From: Candidatus Nanopelagicales bacterium
Lineage (GTDB): Bacteria > Actinomycetota > Actinomycetes > S36-B12
NCBI GenBank assembly: GCA_017854795.1
Contig: JAFMHB010000006.1
Coordinates: 25,342 to 89,341, forward strand
Direction of reading: 5' to 3'
Length of the DNA: 64,000 bases
Shown: positions 57,018-64,000 of the stretch, piece after piece
Position numbering within the stretch: the stretch's first letter is position 1
How the letters are laid out: each line of letters opens with the position of its first letter
Notes under the pieces: generated by a model
The model's input: the letters and a program-made list of their open reading frames with translations, nothing else
What the model was told of the DNA's origin: nothing
Database searches by the model: none
Translations under genes and position numbers: made by a program

Positions 57018-57919
57018 TCCGGCTCGAAGACACAAGTGGTGGCGCAATAGCGGCGGCTATTTCAGCTGAGCGCCACCGACAAGGTTCCCCGACCACCGGC
57101 ATGGTGCTCACCATGCTGATCCTCACTGATGAGGAATATCAATCCGATGCGACATCGGGCGCTGTCTTTGCGGCTCGCCAACATCCGATGAGAATAGTAA
57201 CTGTGATCCCTCGCCCGGGACGAGGTTCTCACTCACTCGATGCCGAAATAGCAGTTGGCGGCGATGACGGCCCCGGAGAAGTGGCTGTGCTGCGACTTCG
57301 TGGGGAGTTGGCTGAGCACGCTGACTCTGTTGTCATCCCTTTGTTGCTCTCAGACACTCCGGTAGTAGCTTTTTGGCCGTCCAATGCCCCCGCCATCCCT
57401 GCGGAGGACACAATTGGACATCACGCTCAGCGTCGGATCACAGACTCTGCCACCTCTGAAAAACCTCTTGAAGAATTAGTCCAACGGGGACGTGGCTACC
57501 GCCCTGGCGACACTGACCTTGCTTGGTCTCGCCTCACTCCGTGGAGATCTATCCTTGCAACTGCCTTTGACCAACCTATGGGAACCGTTACCGGCGGATT
57601 AATCATCGCTGAATCCAATAATCCAAGCGCCGCGCTTCTTGCCACGTGGCTCGGAGTGTGCCTAAACATTACGGTCACGGTCCAATCAATGGATGCTCCC
57701 GGGATTCAATCCGTGATTATCACGACCGAAACGGGCGAGATTGCGATCACCAGACCCGATGGACGCACAGCCACCCTTTCGCAAACAGGCACTCCTGATG
57801 CCCTGATTTCCCTTCCACGACGCGATCTGACCACACTGCTCAATGATGACTTGCGTCGTCTGGATCCCGATGATGTTTACGGCTGGGTAATTCGCGCGTA
57901 CGCCGGAGATACGACGTGA
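57014..57919 (+). CDS. opcA: glucose-6-phosphate dehydrogenase assembly protein OpcA
   Basis: Conserved position after zwf. ATGA overlap with the zwf stop, and GGAGG at 57004-57008. Confidence 0.85.
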   Translation: MIRLEDTSGGAIAAAISAERHRQGSPTTGMVLTMLILTDEEYQSDATSGAVFAARQHPMRIVTVIPRPGRGSHSLDAEIAVGGDDGPGEVAVLRLRGELAEHADSVVIPLLLSDTPVVAFWPSNAPAIPAEDTIGHHAQRRITDSATSEKPLEELVQRGRGYRPGDTDLAWSRLTPWRSILATAFDQPMGTVTGGLIIAESNNPSAALLATWLGVCLNITVTVQSMDAPGIQSVIITTETGEIAITRPDGRTATLSQTGTPDALISLPRRDLTTLLNDDLRRLDPDDVYGWVIRAYAGDTT

Positions 57920-58626
57920 TACCTCAGCTTTTGGCGTGTGAAAGCGTCGTTGATCAGGTTCTTGAAATGCTCAGCTCTGCACTCATGGCAGCGGATCCAT
58001 TGAAAATACACCACATTGTTCTCACAGGGGGTGGAGCTGGCACATCCATTAACAATAGGCTGGCTGATGTTGCGAGAAAAGTACCGGACGATACTTGGGC
58101 AAAGACACACTTTTGGTGGGGGGATGAAAGATTCGTAGAAACGAATTCACCCCGAAGAAATGACTATAGAATTGAATTGAGCCTTGGTGATTTTTACATT
58201 GAGAACAACGTACATCGAGTTAAGGCCGCCAACGAGGTTCCCAGTGCGTCAGTCGCTGCTGACGACTACGCACACAAACTTATCGAATTTGGATCGGCAG
58301 GTCGGCCACCACAATTCACATTCGTCATGCTTGGGGTTGGCCCCGATGGACATATCGCATCTCTGTTCCCTGACAGCCCGCAATTGCAATCAAGCGTGAT
58401 CGCGGTGCCCGTGTTTGACTCCCCGAAGCCGCCACCCATTCGAGTAACGCTGAGTTACCCCACACTCAATAATTCACACTGCACTGTCTTGCTATTGGCC
58501 GGTGAAAGCAAACGTGACGCTCTGGCTGCAATTATGAAATCACAGGGGCAGGCGGAAAACACTCCGGCGCGTGGAATTGAAGCCACCGAACTTTATGCGG
58601 TGACGGACCTTTCAGTTCCCGTGTAA
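57916..58626 (+). CDS. pgl: 6-phosphogluconolactonase
   Basis: HIVLTGGGAG, WWGDERFV and LGVGPDGHIASLFP motifs. Confidence 0.85.
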   Translation: MIPQLLACESVVDQVLEMLSSALMAADPLKIHHIVLTGGGAGTSINNRLADVARKVPDDTWAKTHFWWGDERFVETNSPRRNDYRIELSLGDFYIENNVHRVKAANEVPSASVAADDYAHKLIEFGSAGRPPQFTFVMLGVGPDGHIASLFPDSPQLQSSVIAVPVFDSPKPPPIRVTLSYPTLNNSHCTVLLLAGESKRDALAAIMKSQGQAENTPARGIEATELYAVTDLSVPV

Positions 58627-58944
58627 CTTGTCGATTGCCTCTTGCAAGATAGCGGCGCCGTCTTTGTCAGAGCGGCGTTCTTTGACGTAGGCAAGGTGAG
58701 TTTTGTACGGCTCAATTTTGGGCGGCATCGGTGGATTCTCCTTGTCCGTGCCTGCAGGTAGACCACAACGAGGACAGTCCCACTCTTCCGGAATTTCCGC
58801 TTCAAGGGCAAAACTCGGTTTTGACTCATGACTCCGACTGCACCAGAAGGACACAAAGAAACGGGGCGCAGCTTCGCCACGTTCAGCCTCGCCCATTGGT
58901 CCTGCACCGACGCGACTACCACGAATTGCGCTTCCACCAGCCAT
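58612..58944 (-). CDS. RbpA-family RNA polymerase-binding protein, second paralogue (RbpB-like)
   Basis: IRGSRVGAG N-terminus, Zn ribbon CSRSH...CPRCG, and C-terminal helix KTHLAYVKERRS. AAGGAG SD. Confidence 0.8.
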   Translation of the reverse strand: MAGGSAIRGSRVGAGPMGEAERGEAAPRFFVSFWCSRSHESKPSFALEAEIPEEWDCPRCGLPAGTDKENPPMPPKIEPYKTHLAYVKERRSDKDGAAILQEAIDKLHGN

Positions 58945-59008
58945 TAACTACTCCTTCGAGACAACATAACTTTTTATTAACGAATCCGAGGTGTCGATAA
59001 AGTCTTAT

Positions 59009-59257
59009 TTATGAACCGGTGCGTACAAGAAGGCCAACGGCAACAATGGATGCGGCCCAAATTAGACCAAGCCCAACCGTCAAACGATCCAGGTTCTTTT
59101 CCGCTACTGACGATCCGCCAACAGAAGAACTAACGCCACCACCGAAAAGATCCGAGAGTCCGCCACCCTTGCCGCGGTGCAGCAGGATCAGCACAATGAG
59201 CAAAACGCTTGTGATAATGAGAATCACGGCTAGGGCGATGGTCAGGGCAGTAAGCAT
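59009..59257 (-). CDS. secG: preprotein translocase subunit SecG
   Basis: 82-aa ORF with two TM segments and LLHRGKGGGLSDLFGGG, typical of SecG. Confidence 0.85.
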   Translation of the reverse strand: MLTALTIALAVILIITSVLLIVLILLHRGKGGGLSDLFGGGVSSSVGGSSVAEKNLDRLTVGLGLIWAASIVAVGLLVRTGS

Positions 59258-59320
59258 TACCGGTTTCGGACCTTTCGATTATGAAGCAAAGATTGACTTT
59301 AGGATAGGCCCACTGAGGAC

Positions 59321-60115
59321 TTACAGGTCAGCGGGGTGCATCCGATAGCGGATAATCCCAACGAACTCATCAGAGTCCAAACTCGCTCCACCCACGAGGC
59401 CTCCATCTACATCGGATTGAGCCATGATCGCCGCGATGTTGTCCGCCTTCACCGAACCACCATAAAGAATACGCAGGTTCTTCGCTGACTCAAGACCCCA
59501 GTTCTCCCCCACATGCTTACGGATCGCTGAGCACACCTCTTGGGCATCCGCTGGTGTAGCTACAGCCCCAGTTCCGATGGCCCAGACCGGTTCATATGCG
59601 ATAACAAGTCCGGAAATCGCTTCCGGGCTTATGCCGGCAAGTGATTCAGAGACCTGTTCGAGCACGAAGTCAATAGTGTTGCCTGCCTCACGGATTTCCA
59701 GTGACTCACCGACACAAACTATGGGAACTATTTCGTTACTCAGGGCCGCTTGGGTTTTGGCATTAACGATTGTGTTGCTCTCCCCATGGTCGGCTCGTCG
59801 CTCACTGTGGCCTGTTAAGACGAAGGTGCAACCCAATTTGGCCAGCATTGCGCCGGAAATATCTCCAGTATGGGGTCCCTTTGCGTGCTGTGAAAGGTCC
59901 TGAGCGCCGTATTTGATGTCGTACTTATCACCCACGATCAAGGTTTGTACAGACCGCAGATCGGTGAAGGGTGGGATAACAGCCACTTCAACAGCGGCGA
60001 AGTCTGCCTCATCCAGAGCAAATGCCAACTTCTGGACTAACGCAATAGCCTCAAAGTGATTTATATTCATTTTCCAGTTGCCAGCAATCAGCGGCATCCG
60101 ATCACTCTTTGCCAT
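59321..60115 (-). CDS. tpiA: triose-phosphate isomerase
   Basis: [14 protein letters not shown] and [11 protein letters not shown] motifs. Confidence 0.95.
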   Translation of the reverse strand: MAKSDRMPLIAGNWKMNINHFEAIALVQKLAFALDEADFAAVEVAVIPPFTDLRSVQTLIVGDKYDIKYGAQDLSQHAKGPHTGDISGAMLAKLGCTFVLTGHSERRADHGESNTIVNAKTQAALSNEIVPIVCVGESLEIREAGNTIDFVLEQVSESLAGISPEAISGLVIAYEPVWAIGTGAVATPADAQEVCSAIRKHVGENWGLESAKNLRILYGGSVKADNIAAIMAQSDVDGGLVGGASLDSDEFVGIIRYRMHPADL

Positions 60116-60118
60116 TTT

Positions 60119-61305
60119 CTATTTTCCTTCCAATACTGTTAGCCCGGGCAGTTTTTTACCCTCGAGAAATTCTAGGCTGGCGCCACCACCTGTACTAATG
60201 TGATTTAGCTTTTTATAGTCAACGTCCAGAATGCGAACTGCTGCAGCAGAGTCACCTCCGCCAATCACCGTAAAACCCTCCGAGGCAGCCATTGCCTGTG
60301 CGATAGCTAATGTTCCACCGGCAAAAGGTTCCATTTCAAAAACTCCCATGGGACCGTTCCATACGATGGTCGCAGAACCAGCAATTACCCGGGAATACAA
60401 CTCACGAGTTTCTGGACCGATGTCAAGGCCCATCTGGCCTGCCGGAATGGCCTCACGATCAACAATCTGAGTTTCGGCATCTGGGGAGAAACGATCTGCA
60501 ACAACGAAGTCGACCGGCAACATCAAATTGACGCCACGCTCAAGTGCTTGCGTCATGAAACCCTGAACATCGTCAACAAAATCAGGCTCCGAAATCGAAT
60601 TCCCGATTTCATATCCCATTGCTAAAAGGAATGTGTAGGCCATGCCTCCACCGATGAGCAAGTTGTCAACACGAGGAAGGAGTGAATCGATGACACCGAG
60701 CTTGTCTCCGACCTTACTTCCGCCAAGAATGACCGTATAGGGCCTTTCTGCTCCTTCCAGCAGCCTTCCAAACACTTCACACTCACGTGAAACGAGAAGC
60801 CCCGCAGCGTTTGGCACAAGTTGAGCCAAGTCGGTCACAGACGCTTGCTCGCGATGAACCACCCCGAAACCATCACTAACAAAACCATCGGCCCAATCGG
60901 CCCAGACACTGGCTAATTGGACTCGTTGCGCTGGGTCCTTACTCGTCTCCCTTGGATCAAATCTGACGTTCTCAAGGAGGGCGACCTCACCAGTTTTCAG
61001 ATTATTGATTACCGAGGTGTCACCGGCTGGATCACGGGAGAAAGCAACATGAGTGCCTAATAATTCAGACAGTCTCTGGGCAATCGGAGCTAACGAAAGT
61101 TCTGCAACAACAGTGCCCTTAGGCCGTCCAAGGTGGGCCAATATCACTACACGAGCGCCAGCCTCTCGCAATGCATTTATGGTGGGAAGTGCTGCGGTGA
61201 TCCGTAGATCGTCGGTGATTTCCCCTTGGGCGTTCAGCGGAACGTTGAAATCACACCGTAGGGCGATCGTTGAATCTTTGAGTACCAGATCCTGCAAAGT
61301 GCGCA

Positions 61306-61306
<1 letters not shown>
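60119..61306 (-). CDS. pgk: phosphoglycerate kinase
   Basis: RCDFNVPL and STGGGASLEFLEGK motifs. GTG start overlaps the gap stop (TAGTG). Confidence 0.95.
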
Positions 61307-62340
<1,034 letters not shown>

Positions 62341-62438
62341 TTAGATTGTGCGACCCTGGACTAACCCGTTCTTTGCACCTGTTGCACGAATGCCGCTATT
62401 CGAGCGCTCATCTTAGCCGTTGTGATGTTACCAAAACG

Positions 62439-63419
62439 TTACGGCTGACCCTCGAGGGCTGCCACTGCCGCTTCAGTGTCTGGGATCCCCATTTCCTGCG
62501 CTTTTTTGTCTGCGAGCGCCAACAGTCGACGGATTCGTCCAGCTATGGCGTCTTTGGTCATGGGTGGCACGCTGAGGGCGCCCAATTCTTCAAGGCTGGC
62601 CTGCTGGTGTTCCATGCGCAAACGACCAGCCACGACGAGGTGGTCGGGGACTTCATCCCCCAAGATTTCGAGTGCTCTCTGAACGCGTGCCCCCGCTGCG
62701 ACTGCCGCTCGCGCTGAACGCCGCAAATTTGCATCATCAAAATTAGCCAGTCGATTCGCGGTCGCACGCACTTCTCTGCGCATTCGCCGCTCCTCCCAAG
62801 CCATCATGGCGTCATGTGCACCTAGTTTGGTCAACATTGCACCGATGGCGTCTCCGTCTCGAATGACGACCCGATCGACACCGCGAACCTCACGTGATTT
62901 GGCCACTATGCCTAGTCGGCGAGCAGCGCCAACGAGTGCCAACGCTGACTCTGGGCCAGGGCAAGTAATTTCTAATGAGGAAGATCGACCAGGTTCGGTG
63001 AGGGAACCGTGTGCGAGGAAAGCGGCACGCCAAGCGGCTTCGCAATCACACATTCCGCCAGCAACAATTGCAGGTGGGAGTCCCTTTACTGGACGTCCAC
63101 TTGCATCAACTATTCCTGTCTGGCGGGCCAAAGCCTCACCACCAACAACAACTCTGACCAAATATCGGGTGCCTTTTTTGATCCCGGTTCCCTGAACCAG
63201 CGCAATCTCACTTTCATGGCCATAGATGTCAAAAATGTCCTTACGCAACCGTCTCGCCGCCGAACCGGTATCAAGATCAGCTTCGACCACAATTGCGCGG
63301 TTGATGATGTGTAATCCGCTGGCGAATCGCAACATGGTCGACACTTCGGCTTTCCGGCAACACATCTTCGTTACGACAACTCTGCTGAGTTCGTCCTTCA
63401 CTGCAGCGGTCATTGACAT
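62439..63419 (-). CDS. whiA: DNA-binding sporulation/cell-division regulator WhiA
   Basis: [36 protein letters not shown]-terminus, with LAGLIDADG-like and C-terminal HTH regions. Confidence 0.9.
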   Translation of the reverse strand: MSMTAAVKDELSRVVVTKMCCRKAEVSTMLRFASGLHIINRAIVVEADLDTGSAARRLRKDIFDIYGHESEIALVQGTGIKKGTRYLVRVVVGGEALARQTGIVDASGRPVKGLPPAIVAGGMCDCEAAWRAAFLAHGSLTEPGRSSSLEITCPGPESALALVGAARRLGIVAKSREVRGVDRVVIRDGDAIGAMLTKLGAHDAMMAWEERRMRREVRATANRLANFDDANLRRSARAAVAAGARVQRALEILGDEVPDHLVVAGRLRMEHQQASLEELGALSVPPMTKDAIAGRIRRLLALADKKAQEMGIPDTEAAVAALEGQP

Positions 63420-64000
63420 TACTTACTCCCTAATGCAATTGCGGCAAGGCGCAAGGCACGTGCTAATTTTTCCGGATCGTGAGTTGTTCCACTTGTCGCA
63501 ACGTCAATACTAAACACCTTGGCCCCAATTCTGCTCGCTGCCTGTTCACAATCCTGTCGGTTCTCGACAAAGTTAGGGTCAACAATGATTCCGTCAAGCT
63601 CAATTTCAGGGAATAGTTTTTCCCACGAATCCAGATAGTCCACCGTGGTGTAACCAGATGTTTCGCCGATCTGCTCCGTCAGATTCATAATCAGCATGCG
63701 TTGCGCAGAACTTGTGATGATGGCCTCCCGAATACCCGGTACCAATAATGGTGGTACCACAGATGTAAACCATGACCCTGGGCCAAAGACCAACAGATCA
63801 GCTTCAACGATTGCATTAACGGCTTCAGCGCAAGCCGGTGGTTCCTCTGGTTCGATTTGAATCTGAGTCACGGTTCCCGAAGTCTTGGCAATCGCAACTT
63901 GACCGCTCACCTTTTGCAGTACATCAGCTTGCTCGGGATCGAGCCCAGCGATGGTCGCCACGATCTCAATCGCCCCAGAACTGCAAGGCAATACGCGACC
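63419..64000 (-). CDS. YvcK/CofD-like gluconeogenesis factor (5' end beyond window)
   Basis: C-terminal part with [25 protein letters not shown]. The reading frame stays open to the window edge. Conserved upstream partner of whiA. Confidence 0.8.
   Translation of the reverse strand, partial: GRVLPCSSGAIEIVATIAGLDPEQADVLQKVSGQVAIAKTSGTVTQIQIEPEEPPACAEAVNAIVEADLLVFGPGSWFTSVVPPLLVPGIREAIITSSAQRMLIMNLTEQIGETSGYTTVDYLDSWEKLFPEIELDGIIVDPNFVENRQDCEQAASRIGAKVFSIDVATSGTTHDPEKLARALRLAAIALGSK

Overview
This is core chromosome from an actinobacterium (Actinomycetota), with moderate GC by eye and very tight gene packing. I call about 71 protein-coding genes. I saw no rRNA, tRNA, CRISPR array, transposase, integrase or phage gene. 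Left to right the window contains: an alpha/beta hydrolase, a HAD hydrolase, a RecB/Cas4-like nuclease and trmI. Next comes a complete Pup-proteasome module (mpa, dop, pup, prcB, prcA, pafA, two FKBP isomerases, pafB, pafC). It is followed by tatA-tatC, helY, a 5'-3' exonuclease, an M24 peptidase, an amidohydrolase, lnt, ppm1, fxsA and rbpA. A small, less conserved patch follows (small tail-anchored protein, TMEM175-like channel, UPF0303 protein, trhO). Then come gcvP behind a tandem glycine riboswitch, merR, a DUF151 nuclease, an ftsR-like merR, a garA-like FHA gene, gcvH and a pgsA-like gene. After that: serB; inhA-fabG-dodecin; DUF3099, SURF1, an ABC exporter, echA and an ABC-F ATPase. The rest is the suf operon (sufR-B-D-Rieske-C-S-U-T), an ABC-2 exporter with ctaA, ctaB, tkt-tal-zwf-opcA-pgl, a second rbpA-family gene, secG, tpiA-pgk-gap, whiA and a yvcK-like gene cut by the window end. 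Gene order matches the conserved mycobacterial and streptomycete core, from my memory of M. tuberculosis synteny. I did not find a convincing novel multi-gene system such as a defence island, toxin-antitoxin pair or biosynthetic cluster, and I say so plainly. What stands out is regulatory. (1) TAnnnT hexamers lie 5-7 nt before roughly 20 start codons, indicating leaderless promoters; three of them reuse the upstream TAG stop codon. (2) A 36-bp palindrome with a CAAC-N6-GTTG SufR-type box sits inside the longest sufR ORF. (3) A roughly 270-nt gap with a perfect 14-bp palindrome precedes UPF0303-trhO. (4) Palindromes lie in the nuclease/trmI and serB/gcvH-operon divergent regions. (5) The GarA orthologue carries an N-terminal zinc ribbon. 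All functional calls rest on motif recognition by eye; no database search was run.
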